Source of the DNA: Hydrurus foetidus
Lineage: Eukaryota
Assembly (NCBI GenBank): GCA_900617105.1
Contig: UYFQ01000714.1
Span: forward strand, 1-58,616
Reading direction: 5' to 3'
DNA: 58,616 nt
The first letter of the stretch is position 1. The number at the start of each line of letters is the position of its first letter. Below the pieces are notes generated by a model. It had not been told where the DNA came from. It did no database searches and worked only from the letters and a program-made list of their open reading frames with translations. Below, in pieces: positions 27,233-40,123 of the stretch. The translations under genes and the position numbers were made by a program.

Positions 27233-29485
27233 ATGAGCATCATGGCTGACGATTTACTCGACTTCGAAGTGGAAAATAGCGAAAGATCTCTCGCTGTGGA
27301 AATCATTGATGGACGCAAATGTCAGAACACGAAAAGGCAATACAGACTGAAAGTGGAGAATTTCAAGAAGTGGCTCTGTTCGAAACATCCATTGTGTATA
27401 AAAGAAGACGAAACCATTGATCTCAATGCTGTTGATAGGACAATACTAAAGGAATTCTTTGGCCACATTTGTAAGAAGAAGGACAGAAATGGGATATACT
27501 TTGATCCGATAGTATTTCACGCATTCCAGCATGTGAGTGGTTACAAATCGGCGATCAAAGACTATTATTCCACGCAAGAAGTGAAAATTTCGGATGAGAT
27601 TGAAAAGATGTTAAAACAATTCTTCGAAGGTTATGTGCGGACAATCGCTAAGTTGAAGCAGGATGGTGTCATGGAAATTATTGAAGGAAAACAACATATG
27701 TCTTTCAAGGGATACAAGCTGTTGGCAACTAAAGCTATTGCACAGGATAAAGACTACAACTTGGCTATATTCTCACATCTTTATCTTTTATTATGCTGGA
27801 ATTTGATAGCTCGGTGCATTTCGGTTGGAAGTTTGATGTACAATCACGTTTCTTGGGAAAGCGATTCTCTCGTTGTTGTGTTCCCGTCACACAAGGGCGA
27901 CAATGAAGGACAAAATGCTCTACGAAAGCATGTTTATGCAAACCCTGCTGAGCCTTCCATTTGCCCTATTCTGAGCTTCGCAATCTACATTTTCACCAGA
28001 GGATATGAAAGAGAAGGTTCCAAAATGACCATCTTTGCTGGTGAAGCTGAGAGCCGATTTAGTAAATGGCTGGGCAAAACATGCACAAAGAACGAGGAAG
28101 TCCTGAAGAATCTAGGCATCAACATCTTAAAGATTGGAACGCATTCAGTCAGGAAAGGCATCGCCACTTATTTGAGTGGAACACCCGGCGGCGCATCAGC
28201 GATATCCATTTACCTAAGAGCGGGATGGAGTTTGGGCCCGGTACAGTCACGTTACATACTGGAGGGCGAGGGTGGCGATCAACTATGCGGCAGAGCTGTT
28301 ACAGGCCTTCCACTGACGGAAGTATCCTTTGCAAACTTGCCACCTCATTTCCTACGAACTGAGGAGGAATGTCTATCAGCAGAGCAGTGGGAGGATATCC
28401 TACCAGGGTATTCGACATTCTATCCGTCGACTTTCAGAGAGGTGATTCCATATCTACTGGCGTCGCTCGTATATCATCAGACTTACTTGGCTAGTCTACA
28501 GGAATCGAATCCTAGACACCCTCTTTTCCTCCAACAAGTATGGGTCAGTGGAACTCTCCTACGTCTGAAGGATAAGGTGGGAGCGGGGTGCAATCGACAT
28601 CCTGTGAGTAAGATGACGGCTACTGGAATCCCGCCCCATCTAGTTATAGCCAACAGACTCGTTGATCTCCAGTCAGATTTGCTGTCGATGAAAGAGCAAA
28701 TCATTCACAAGTTAGAGCAGCTACATGAAACTCTAAAGCACTGCATGCTGGAGAATTTTCAGATCGATGGAACGGTCCCGATTACTCGCCACGAAATGCA
28801 AGACATGATGAAAGCATCCATTGATGACCTTAAGTGTACCATTGAGACATCTATGCGATCCATGTCATCAAGAGACAATGACGCATCAGTGCCAGTAAGC
28901 GCTGGAATGACAGTCAGTAACAATCAAGTAAGCGACATTGCCAATTACACTTCCTGGACTTGGGGCGGGCAGATTCATCCTGTACCTGAAGGTTTCAACT
29001 TTCCAGTGTAAGCCATACACCGCTGTTAGTGCAATAAATAATAGACTGTACTACGCAACTATCATGACGCTATCATCACCACTGTTATTGATATCAGTTC
29101 CACCGTACGGAGCCTGTGGGATTTATGGTGGTTTGGAAACCCTTCAAAGAATATGGCGCCCTACAGAACTCATCGATCAATGGACTATAGAGAGAAGAAG
29201 CATCTCTCATATTTGTCAAGAGCGAGGATAGTAATGTCAACCATGGAGAGTTTGCTTCTGGAGGATGCACCAGACTTGAAGTTGTCGAAGATCACAATCG
29301 CCCAAATTCGAGTTCAATTTGCTGCAGGATTTGACAAGCTCTCTTCATGGCTATCACCATCTCTGTCACTTTTGGAGCTCGACATGAGGCACAATGGAGA
29401 TGCCATGTATGTCTCGTTCTATGATCGAATACTCAGGCAGAAGAAAAAGAGGAAACTCGCGGAGACTCAGGAAGTGAATGATTGA
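27233..29485 (+). CDS. Crypton tyrosine recombinase (stramenopile CryptonS-like), 2 exons
   Basis: Exons 27233-29007 and 29098-29485 in frame. Catalytic pattern R (WNLIARC), HxxR (GTHSVRKG), W (RAGWSLG), Y (QSRYI), then GDQLCGR..GLP; C-terminal WGG..HPVPEGF..LWDLWWFG. Confidence 0.92.
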
Positions 29486-31653
29486 ATTGCTATTATTGTC
29501 AACAACTTTGCGAGACATTTGTTCGCTACTCCACATCACATTCATGATGTACATTTTACAAGTATGAGCAGTATCTTTGCATGTCATGCATAGTTTCTAC
29601 TGTCAGAGGTGAATTTCTAAGCAAGCTACACGAGTGAAATACGTTATGTGGTCTATTATGTGTATTTTTGCATGCAATGCGTAGTTTCTACTGTCGGAAG
29701 TAAAATTATAAGTCAAGCTACTCGAGTAAAGTATGTGCTTACGTATTCTGTTATGTGTTATGCAACTTCGACTAATTTCCCTAGTAGCGGTTTGTGAAGT
29801 GCGTAATTACGTGCTGTGCAACATTTTCTAACTTCTCTTGTTGCCCACGAAGAAGATCGACCATACGTCCGGAGTGCCTATTTGCCGTATGTAACATGCG
29901 ATTCTGCTCGAATGCTGTATTACATGACGTCCAAAATGCTCCCCATATCATAAATACCCCAGGATAATCGATGTCAAAGGGTGTGCGACACTTGTCAATA
30001 GTATTAGCAGCAAAGGAGAACATGATTATTTAAAATTAAGGAGAGTCCGCAGCTCCGCAGTAAGAAATATTCGCTATCTAGTCATAGGATAGCAGACGGA
30101 AATGTTTTTGAGTCAACAACGGCATTATACAGGCGAGCAGCTCGTGAAATACAGGTAATTTTGGCTCGTACTATATCAAGGCTAAAATTACAAATTCATA
30201 GCATCTACCTACTCTCTGACGCATCTGAGCAGCGCGATCTTCATCTTTAAGTAGTCCTCAAATGCCTACATTTTCAGACAAGGCTCGTTATGATCTTGAA
30301 AGAAAATGGCGAGATGGATTTTTTTTGTCGATAAAGATGGCACCTGCATGATCACAATTTGAACTCACGAGGATCGAATTCAACAAATTCAACGATGCCA
30401 AACTCAACGAATCTGCCGTGAAAGACATCTCGTAGAAGATCTAGAGCTCATATTTCCCTCTCTGTACTCGGCGACAATCGACTCTTCCTAATATTTGGAC
30501 ATATGATCGAAGCATTTAGAGCAGAAGAAAGCTCGCATCAGGCCATGCGAGAACTTACCCGTTCCTACTCGGTCGTCAGAAATTTCATCCTCGTCGGTTG
30601 TTCGAAGATGGCTGTAGCGCTGCTTGCTCTAATTCCTATGGTGTAATGCTGACTGCTGCGTTGAGTATACTGCAGAGAGTTGAGTGTTGAATCGGTCTGA
30701 ACTGTGCAACGTACACTTTTCAGGGCAGTACAGTAATATACGTTCAAATATACGTAAAGGCTTGGGTTATTAAAATGCCTGCTTTTCATGCCCAAAATCC
30801 AACTCAAACGTGTGTGTGGCATGGTCAAAAACTGACCCCACACCATACTAAAAATAAAAAAGAGGAAGGTTCCCCAGATTTTTTGCTTTTTTAGTATGGT
30901 GTGGGGTGATTTGAACGTGACCCGTTGAGATTGTTTGAAATCATTTTCAATCATCAAATTGAGATTGTTTGCATCGGCCAATAGTAGTATTGACGCTGGA
31001 GCAGGCGTGATGACTGGTATGGGCTCCCTCCTCCGTAACTTGTGAACATCAGAAAGTGACACCAACAAGTTGAAAGACAGCTTGCAATTGATGCCACCAG
31101 GTGAAGTGCCCCAGTCGAGAACTAGCAGCAAACGAAACGCCGTAGTCAATTTGTCTCTCTTAATGAATTTTACAAAATCATTGAGTAACATGTTCTCTAC
31201 GATTCCTCCAAACGACAAAAAGTCAATTGCAGGTATGGTTATTCTTCCATCTCCGGTCACTAGAACTGAGACATGGGGCTCAAAACGACAGCGATGAAGT
31301 GACTCATAAGCAGCTATAACAGCATTGAGGTTAGCCATTGTAGCAACTAGGTTCTGGGGAGCAAAATGATGCAGAGAATGTTGCTAGATTAGCATCTCTT
31401 GAGAGACTGCGCAGCACTGGTAACAGCGGTAGTTATTTTGAATTTTTGAATTTCAAGATATTTACACGGGTATTCGACCATTTTCTTAAATTCCAAACCT
31501 GAGTGAAGGTCCGCCCAGATTATCCGTTCCGGTGCACGAGGTGTTTGAGTTTTGGGCACGAAAAGCGGACATTTTATTCTGCTACGGTAATATGTAATCA
31601 CCGACATTTGAGTTCTAGTTCTGACAAACGTCACTGACCTGTGCGTCACCGTA

Positions 31654-34243
31654 CCGTAAACGTAATACGTCATGAGAATTTATCAAATAATTATTGGGAT
31701 CATTCTCAGCAGGGTCCGGTTAATTAATTAATTCTCAGGAAGATTCTCACCACCCTATATTTTTAATTAATTACATTTTATGAAGATGCTGGGATACAAA
31801 ATCATTATTTCGCTGTCACGTGACCTTACAGCTGTGACTGCTTCCAACAGGATTTTTTTTGCTGACGCAATTTTTAAAAAAATGCTAAAATAAATAAGAA
31901 ATACATGAAATCATGAGAATTCTTGATCGATTAGGATCAGCGCATAATTAATTTGTCAAGCGAATTACACGAATCAAATTTGAAGAAGATATCCATGAAT
32001 ACGTTAACGGTGATGCCAATGGTGATGATGATGATGCTGCTAATGATGATGGTGATTATGCTGCTAATGATGATGATGATGATGATGATGATGATTACAA
32101 TGCAGATTCGCTTGAGTGATCAAAAATATTTTTTTCGAAATTATGAAATCAAGAACAACTTAATCAAAATATTGGAGGTCTTTTAATCGCTTAGTGGGGG
32201 CATAATTAATCTGTTCTTCGAAACATACTCATAATCTCTGAAGATTTGAATGAAGACGATGACGATGACGATGCTTCTGCTGCTAATGATGATACTAATG
32301 ATGTGTTTAAGCGGTTACCTTCTTCATTTATGTTGGCGCTATGTTGGTTTTCATCGTCATCGGAGGACATGAGAAGCTGCGAATGTTTTCTTTTCGCCAC
32401 TTTAGATTTATTGGTTTTTTTCTCTAATTTATTTTTTTGTTGAGTACACATTAGGTTTGCAGTCATCTGCGACGATTCTTAACAACTTAACAAATCATGC
32501 TGCTATGACACAAAATTAAAATATGCAGTTGTGTCGTGAAAACGACGTTAAAAAATGAAGGGAAACGAGCAGTACAAGTGCTCAAAATGTGCGACTTTAA
32601 AAATTTCTTTAAAAAGCACGTTTGAAAATTTAAGTTAAAAATAATTTAACCCCAAGAGTGCCTATTGATAGAGTTTGATCTGTGTTAAAAAATTGGGCAG
32701 CATTTAGATACTCAAGTTTATTTGATATCAGATAAAGCACCCAAAAATCATGATCAAAATGCACATTTTCATGTACTTACTTTATCTGTACCGTACGAAA
32801 ACGATAGAAATAACTTTTAGCGTACGATCACCTAAGTTATAAAATTGCGCGGCATTTAGGTACTCAAGTTAATCGGGTAAAATTAAATCGCGCATTGGTC
32901 ATGATAAAAGTGCACGTTAAAATGCACTTAAATTTTATGTACCGTTTGAGAAAGATATGGCACAAAATGTGCTGTCCAGAGATCCCTGACACTACTTGTA
33001 GCACGGCACCACCTGTGTTTTAAATTTGGGCAGCATTTAGGTACTCAAGTTAATCGGGCAAATTTAAATCGCGCATTATTCAAGACAAAAGTGCATGTTA
33101 TCATGCACTTGGTTCACGTGTACCGTTTGAGAACGATATGGCACAAAGTGCAACGTTTAAGAACGATATGGCACAGAATGTGCTGTCCAGAGTTCTATGA
33201 GACTGCTTCTAGGAGAGCACCACCTGTGTTTTAAAATTGGGCGGCATTGAGGACCTCAAATCAATCGGGTGCAGATCGATATCAGCAAAAACTTGAAAGA
33301 AAATATCGTCGAGAAAGATATCATTGATGACCATCTCACCGAAATTTCGTGACTTCCTGAACAAATTTTGCTGACCCCTGACGATTCGCGAAATAGCCTT
33401 TCGATATCTAACAGCCAAGAAGGATAAAAATGTAGCCAGGTCATGAGTACGCGACGTTATGACTAGAATGACATATCAAGCGTCCAAAAATTACTGCCAA
33501 ACGCACGGCGGCACTGATAGAGGCTCCTTCTACCTGATTCCAATTGCTGAGACAACCAACAAAATCTTGGAGCGACAGCACCCTGATGAACAGTGATGTT
33601 AGGAGATTCCTTATTCTACTGTTGATTGCTATCACGGTGCTGGCAATATGCTGTAGATTGGACAGCCAATCACATACACCGTAACATTGAAAATCACCTA
33701 AATTTGAATTTTTGCAGCTAATCCCCACGCACAGTACAGGCAAATGGTTAGATGTATATAGTATATGTTGCAATGCGATCTCCCGTAGTAATGAAGGCGA
33801 CGAGTATCTCCGATATCTAGTGGCAATGGCAGCAGCTGACCCATTTTGTAGCCGTAGAGGTTGCGGGTTCGATGAAGCCAATTACTGTTAAGGTTTACCT
33901 CAGGTGGTGCGACGCTTGCTATATATTTGAATTTTTGCACCGAAACACCATGCATAGAATTGTAAATATATGAATGTGTATGGTGGAGTATACAGCGTTG
34001 ACACGGTAGTAAAAGCGTAGCATGTATGCCGAGCGGTCGTGGCAGCGGTGTACCTATTTTACTGCCACAGCGGTCGCGGGTTCGAACCAGCTCCGGTGGT
34101 CCGACGCCCAATATTATTCTCAGTAATTTTTTTTTCAGTTAATTAATTCCTGTACTTCTCTCTCACCACAAATTTTCAGTAATTAATTCGTATTTCAAAT
34201 CATTTCTCACGAAAACCATTCTCACGACATATTACGTTTACGG
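31654..34243. mobile_element. Non-autonomous Tc1/mariner-pogo-type element, TA TSD
   Basis: 26-bp TIRs ccgtaaacgtaatacgtcatgagaat vs ccgtaaacgtaatatgtcgtgagaat (2 mismatches); TA at 31652-31653 and 34244-34245; no transposase ORF; contains a (GAT)n tract and internal tandem repeats. Confidence 0.85.
32697..33270. repeat. Degenerate 150-210 bp tandem repeats inside the TA-flanked element
   Basis: gc(a/g)gcatttag(g/a)tactcaagtt recurs near 32697, 32849, 33029 and, diverged, near 33241, with shared downstream tgtaccgt..gatatggcaca blocks. Confidence 0.8.
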
Positions 34244-34501
34244 TACCCTCGTACAGGATAGGGGGAGACCATGAAGAACTCACCTCCTGTCGTTACGTGA
34301 GTCATGAAAATGCGTTGGATATCAGGTCTCTCGTAAGGAGACTGACGGATGCATTTTAAATGCACTGTGCTTCACCTTCATATCTTCTACGACTGTCATA
34401 TTCGGGATTGCATTAGAGATTGTCACTTCACCGACCGAGTCAACGTGGGATTTTCAATTCAACAGATCTCTTCGTGATCAGATTAACGTCGAGTCAAGAT
34501 C

Positions 34502-36124
34502 ATGAAAGTTGGTCAAATGATTGCATCAGCAATACTGCTCTCAGCATTCTCGGATTCTTTGAAGAGTTCCAGATTTTACAGACCTGTCTCCAAGACGGCT
34601 ATGCATAATCGTAGACTTACGCCCCACGACCACATATATGAGAAATTGATGGATGTAGCTCCAAATAACTTCGCAGTTAACAAAGCAAAGAACGTATTGC
34701 TCAGCTGCTTGATAACTGTATTTCTATTTGGTTCGGCTGTTCCATCAACGATTGCATCTACACTGGGATCGAAAGTAGACATTGGTGAAACAGTATCATG
34801 TGAGAACATCAAACTAGATCACCTCGTTAAGGTGGGTGCTGGTGGTGGTGGAACTGTATTTTCAGCCGTGCGACAGGGTCTCCATCAGACAATTGCTGAT
34901 AACGAGAATGCTGCTAAGGTGATTGGTTCATGACGATGTAGATATTTAATGACGATAGCGTGAATATTCCTTACATGCTTCTTTTACACCCCACCTTTGC
35001 TTCGCAGGTTGTTGTAAAAGTAAGCTGGGCAACAAGTGCAAACTCAGTACATCATGAATGTGAAGTGCTCAGGTATTTAGAGAAATATAACGTCAAAGGC
35101 GTAGAAAGATGCATCGCCAGTGGAGTTTACGTGCAGCCAGACGAAGGACATCTTCTTTCTGTAACTGCTGCACTGCCACTGGATAGCGAGTCCGCATTCT
35201 TTCCATCTGAAGCAGCATTTAAATCAGCTTCAACGGACTTAGACACTTCTAAGAAACAATCCTCAGCTGTTATTGATCAACCTCGGAAGAGTGTAACGTA
35301 CTTAGCATCTCTGTATGAGCTAGATGAGGAGCAAGAAAATAAGAAGAAAGAAAGTAGTAGATCAACTCTAATATCAGAGAAGACTCTCCAAGAAGGAGAA
35401 AGAGCGATGATTGTTCTCGATCCGTATTTCAAGGCAACTAGGCCCGCTAAGTCAACACTGCTAGATATCTCGGAATATTCTGTCAAAGTCAAAGCGGTAC
35501 ATAATTTGATCGGAACTATGATGGACATGCTGTGGGCGGGTAGTGCGGGATCTGATCTGCAACCGCTCCTAGATGTGGACACAGGTGAGAACAGAACTGA
35601 ATAGGAAAGAGGAGAAATGAACAAAACTGAATTGCATTGAATTGTAAAGAAGAGAACAAGACAGAATTGAAGTGTATTGTACTGAATAGAACAGAATTGG
35701 ACAGAATTGAATTGAACAGAACAGGACGACAACAGTTAGAAAGCAAAGCTGGCAAGAAAAAGCTAAATAATATTGCATCAAACATCATCTGGTTATATGC
35801 ACTCCACGACAATTCCTCATCACTGGAAATCTCAGTAAATTCAACATCTGCACCTTTTCTTGTTCCGCAGGTGACAGTCTGTTGATCGATATGACAGAAG
35901 CGGAAATATTCAGCAACAGGAAGAAATTGAATTTTGAAGATCAGCAGATAGCGGGATCGTTCATAGGAGAGATGTTCTCTCTTATAGCAGCCGATAGAGG
36001 AAATTCAGATGGTCTTATGGCTGAGGCTAGAAGAACTGTCAAGGATAAGACAGGATATATGCACGCACTGGGCGATGATATGCCTGCGAGCATACTTTCC
36101 ATATTAGACACTTATGTAGAGTGA
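34502..36124 (+). CDS. Protein-kinase-like protein with probable plastid presequence (3 exons)
   Basis: Exons 34502-34918, 35008-35584, 35871-36124 in frame. VGAGGGGTVF Gly loop, VVVKVS, HECEVL, LLIDMTEA in place of DFG; HRD not seen (GSDLQ). Confidence 0.75.
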
Positions 36125-37097
36125 TTTAATCATTCAACAGTCGGAGAACTGTTGTGCAGTAATCCTTTCTCCGTCTCTTTCATCGCCATGGCGACTGGAC
36201 TGATGTGTGGTATTCAACAAAAATTTCGTCATGTGTTATCACATCACACCTACACTGGCCAATTCATCAGCTCCATTACTCCCCTTTTGACTGTCCACAG
36301 TGTAATAAGCTGCATGATATTCATCTGACCTCGTGACATGTCGTGATACAATGTGATTCATATCGCTAATACATGAAACTAGTGTGATGAGTGCATGGAG
36401 AAGAACAACGATAGGAGTTGGAACAGGGGAACTCATTAGTATCGACTAGACAGCGTATTGCCACAACCATCGGTGCACTATATCGACACGTCTCGTACCA
36501 CCTCTTATAGATCCCAATTCAATGTTTCTTCCTCGTTCTCACTGCTATCCGTCACTTCTCACGGACCAGTTAGAATCTGTCTGGGCCTGTACATCGTAAC
36601 AAACTGTATTTTTGACCTCGTTTCTGTGTCCTACGGGCGTGTGCCTCTCAAAGGCGAGAGCTCTCTGACCTCAGAAGCGATATTGGCAACGAGACACATA
36701 TCCATTATCTCCAATCTCTCTGTTTCGCTTCGCACATATGATGAAGATTCAGCAGTCTCTCTACGGAACGATTTCCACACTCAGCGTTTCGTTGAACAGC
36801 AAGGGCAGCGACTAGGACTTTCCGAGTTTTCACTCTTAAGACTTTTTCATATAATCACAGATTTAGGGCGGGATTAATGTGTGTTACTCAAAGTAGATGA
36901 CTGAGTGCAAACTTGTGTGATGCATCTATGGCATGGAAGGAAAACACTCGAAAACTGTGCGACTAGTCATAGCAGCGATACGTGATTTTGATTCAATGCA
37001 GAGAGATGGTAGACTGATGTGAGTGCATTTGAAGTCTCTTCAGCCATGACACTGCTACTGGCCTATAATCGACTGTCAGAACAATGTGTGCTAGGTA

Positions 37098-37660
37098 CTA
37101 GAACTGACTGTTCATGTAGTGTCTCTTGGCCGCTCTGTCTGCCTCCCGCATCTGATCTTCAATCGAGTTCTCCCTCTTCAACTTGATCTTCTTTCCTATA
37201 GTGTTTGAAATACTGAATGAGCGGAATCTGCAGGAGAACTGTTTGCTATCAAAATATGTACAGAATTTGGTACTGCTAATTTGGATCGTCTAATTAACCG
37301 GACCTGTTATCACGCTGCGTCTGGTGTCTTCATCGTCAGAACTAGAAGATCCTTCTTGCGAATCACCACCTGATGAGGACTCTTCCTTTTTGTATTTCTT
37401 CTCTTTCTTTGCCTTTTTCTGTTTCTTTTCTCTCTTCTCTTTCTTGTCTTTCTCACTCCGATGCTTCACATGTTTCTTGTCGGGTCTATCATCTTTCTTT
37501 CTGTCGCTTTTTCGCGATTTCTCTACGGGACTTGATTTTCTCTTCTTATCATCATTCTCTCCTCTATTCATCTTCTCCTCATGTGCTGAGCTTGATGAGG
37601 AGCAACCTGCCGTTTCCCGGATCCCTTTTTCGTCAGAAGAGAAAAAGCAGACAACTTCAG
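37098..37660 (-). CDS. Small Lys/Ser-rich protein with C-terminal RRSVITGKKIKL...MNSQF; start uncertain
   Basis: Exon ending 37304 splices (GT 37303 to AG 37196) in frame to exon 37195-37098; a possible first exon starts near 37724. Confidence 0.7.
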
Positions 37661-39721
37661 GATGAGAACACGCGTTAAATTATCCGCTACAGATAAATTT
37701 CCTCTGTACCTTTTCTAGAATCATGTCGATCTGATGGTGACAATGACCGCTTTCTCGCGCTTTGATTTCCTTCTGTTACGACGTTGATTCAGTGACAAGA
37801 CACGGAGGAGCAAGGATTTTGTGTACTAACGGGTATACCCGTTAGCAAAAGCTCTGTTAGATCCAGTGCGATGCTAGTTAATGGGTCCGACATTTAGAGT
37901 TGTCACCGACCCACCTTCCATGGAAGCCTAATCTCAGTCAAACTTCTGACTGAAACCGGATGGAGAATTTTTTTGTTAAATTCAAATCAGAACAAATGAG
38001 GCAGTGCCACCGGTGAAGTATGAGGATGCCTCTTGTAGAGGACAATGTATGACCTATCAAACTACGGAAGGATTCTGCTTATCAAATCACAATCACCTGT
38101 GATTTGGGAGAGTTGAGAGTTGAAAAAATGGTTCGATCGTCGTTCTTCAATTTACCATTTCGCGATTAGAGTGGTTGCGATTTTCGTTATTTGACCTTTT
38201 TTTTCAAATATTTAAAAAAAAAACCCGAAAAAATATTCAAATATTCTTGAATCCCAGCGGTGGCGGAATCTTGAACCCAACCGTTATCCTGAACCCACGA
38301 TCTTTCAAAACTGAACGTTAGCAACCTATTATTTTCGAAATATTCATTACTTCTTGCAACATTTTCAAAAGCAGATCACAATTCGAGATTAGCAGTTGCC
38401 TAGATCACTTCGTTAGCTATCGAGCGGTATCTTTCATTTCCTCTTTTGCGTTCTTCTACTTCTGGTTAGAGTGTCCTTCGCCAACGAGATTGACGGCAAC
38501 TTTTACGATTCAAAAATGTTGAAACTAACGAGATATCAGGACTTATCTGATTGGGTACTGCTGGCATCAGACCAGAAAGAGCTTTGTGAGAACATCTTGG
38601 GAAGTGGGATGAGTGCTTATGCATGGTCGCAGCGACATAATAGGAATTATCAAAGCATCAAAAGATACATGAGAAAGTACAGACTGTGGAAATCTACTGG
38701 AATGGACACCTTTCATGATTCTTACGGGGGACGTCCACCAATGATCGATGACGCTGGAATAATCAATATTAGAAACGATTTGAGAGCTAATCTGAACTCA
38801 AGCACTTGTCAGAACTCAATGACGAATCAGTTTCAAATTCGAGTTGAGAAAGAGATTGCTGAGACGAAAAAGAGGAGAGGGTTTGCGGCGACTGAGTGCA
38901 CTGTACCCAAGAAGTTTGTCAGGGTATTCAAAGCAACGAACAGCTTTACTGACGTCGTGTGTCAATTTAAGACTCATGCTCGTATATTTGCAGAAAGTGA
39001 CCCACGCAATCTATATTCCTTCGCTATGATGAATCAGGCTTTTCTTTCTGGAATCGATGCATGCTGCGTATTCAACTGGGATGCAACACAGTACTGTGTG
39101 AATGCAGAGGGCTTTGCAACAATCGTGAAGTGTAAAAGCGAAGGACGCGATGTAGTTCCAACATCTTTGAGCGCAGGAGGACTTGGATTTGCTATCAAGT
39201 ATTATCACTTTCACAATGCTAACGGTGACGTCGCTCCAGCTGTTTTCATTGTTGCCGACGATACAATGTCTGAGGATGATCTATTTTGGGAAGAGATCAC
39301 TGGGCTTAGTCATACACAATTGGTAGATGCTAGTGGATATCTGGTCTTCACCAAAACGAGGAACTGCAATGCAGCATTCTACCGGTGGTATGCATTTCAC
39401 GTTGTGGCACCCTTCGTACTAAAATGCCGGAATATTCACAAAAGCGTGAATGCAGACGGAACGCCAATGAGAGCATTCGTAGTATGCGACGGTGAACCCT
39501 CGCAAATCCAAGTATTTCAGGAGAGTGGTCTCTTGCAACTGATGAGCGAGACCTTGATCGACTTTGGAAAATCACCAGCGTCCTGTAGCGCCATAACTCA
39601 AGCATCTGACGACAGTGACTTCTTCAATGGATCAAAGAAGAAATTGCAGAGAATTCGCGAGACAGATTACATTGATAAAGGGCTTAATGCAAGATTGAAG
39701 GAAGTCGTGGGTAATCGTGTT

Positions 39722-40123
39722 TGTTATAGCTTCCACTATTTCATAGTTTCCACTATATTGCATTCTCACACGTACGTTACATGTATGTACGTACATAGTA
39801 CACATTGCTTGCAGCCACAGGTTTTTCGGTACCAGCTTTTCGGTACCAGTTTTTGGTTTCTCGAATACTTCAACTTGCAACTCTCGTAGTCAGCTTCTTC
39901 GATACACCTCTCACATCTTTAAATCTTTAAACAAAACACCAAACCCAAACCGGCTTCTTTTAGCCAAACATCCTGTCCAGCGACTCTCTTGTTGCTGAAC
40001 GATCTGTGGCCGTTAGCCGCTCATCCTAGTTTGCAGTTCTCGCAAACTGATCAACAGCCCTTGCAGTTGATCCAAGAAACCCGTCCTCTCGTTTTAGCTT
40101 CTGTAAGCTACGTGGACAGCATA
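39722..40123 (+). repeat. 5' LTR
   Basis: Direct repeat of 47218-47619; C at 39885 vs T at 47381. Confidence 0.97.

Larger units (their letters stand above)
21786..30776 (+). mobile_element. Crypton (tyrosine-recombinase DNA transposon), about 3.8 kb after removing nested elements
   Basis: 6-bp direct repeat TAAAAT at 21786-21791 and 30771-30776, present once in the reconstructed empty TIR; imperfect subterminal inverted motif ccc..tttacgtatatt.aac; internal YR gene. Confidence 0.8.
21772..31590. mobile_element. Family A TIR element copy 2 (TA-flanked), left TIR split by the Crypton insertion; own sequence is 21772-21791 + 30777-31590
   Basis: 21772-21791 ttaccgtagcagaataaaat is the exact reverse complement of 31571-31590. 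The rest of the TIR resumes at 30777 (gcctgcttttcatgcccaaaa) and about 30771-30925 matches 10387-10541 inverted. TA at 21770-21771 and 31591-31592. Confidence 0.85.

Noticed and set aside
29781..30560. Second gene in the Crypton 3' half
   Set aside because: Only short ORFs with no recognisable motif; cannot support a call
30565..31338. 257-aa minus-strand ORF as a real gene
   Set aside because: It runs through the family A subterminal hairpin/TIR and across the Crypton junction, so it is chimeric; only the first ~140 aa might be a gene remnant
31953..32466. Poly-Met and acidic short ORFs
   Set aside because: Mostly products of the (GAT)n tract and low-complexity sequence; no domain
32697..33270. 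Regularly spaced repeats as a CRISPR-like array
   Set aside because: Units are 150-210 bp and the intervening sequence is also homologous; eukaryotic TE tandem repeat, no cas genes
39722..39889. C-terminal part of the listed 472-aa ORF 38471-39889
   Set aside because: Read-through into the LTR; the true transposase continues at 47624
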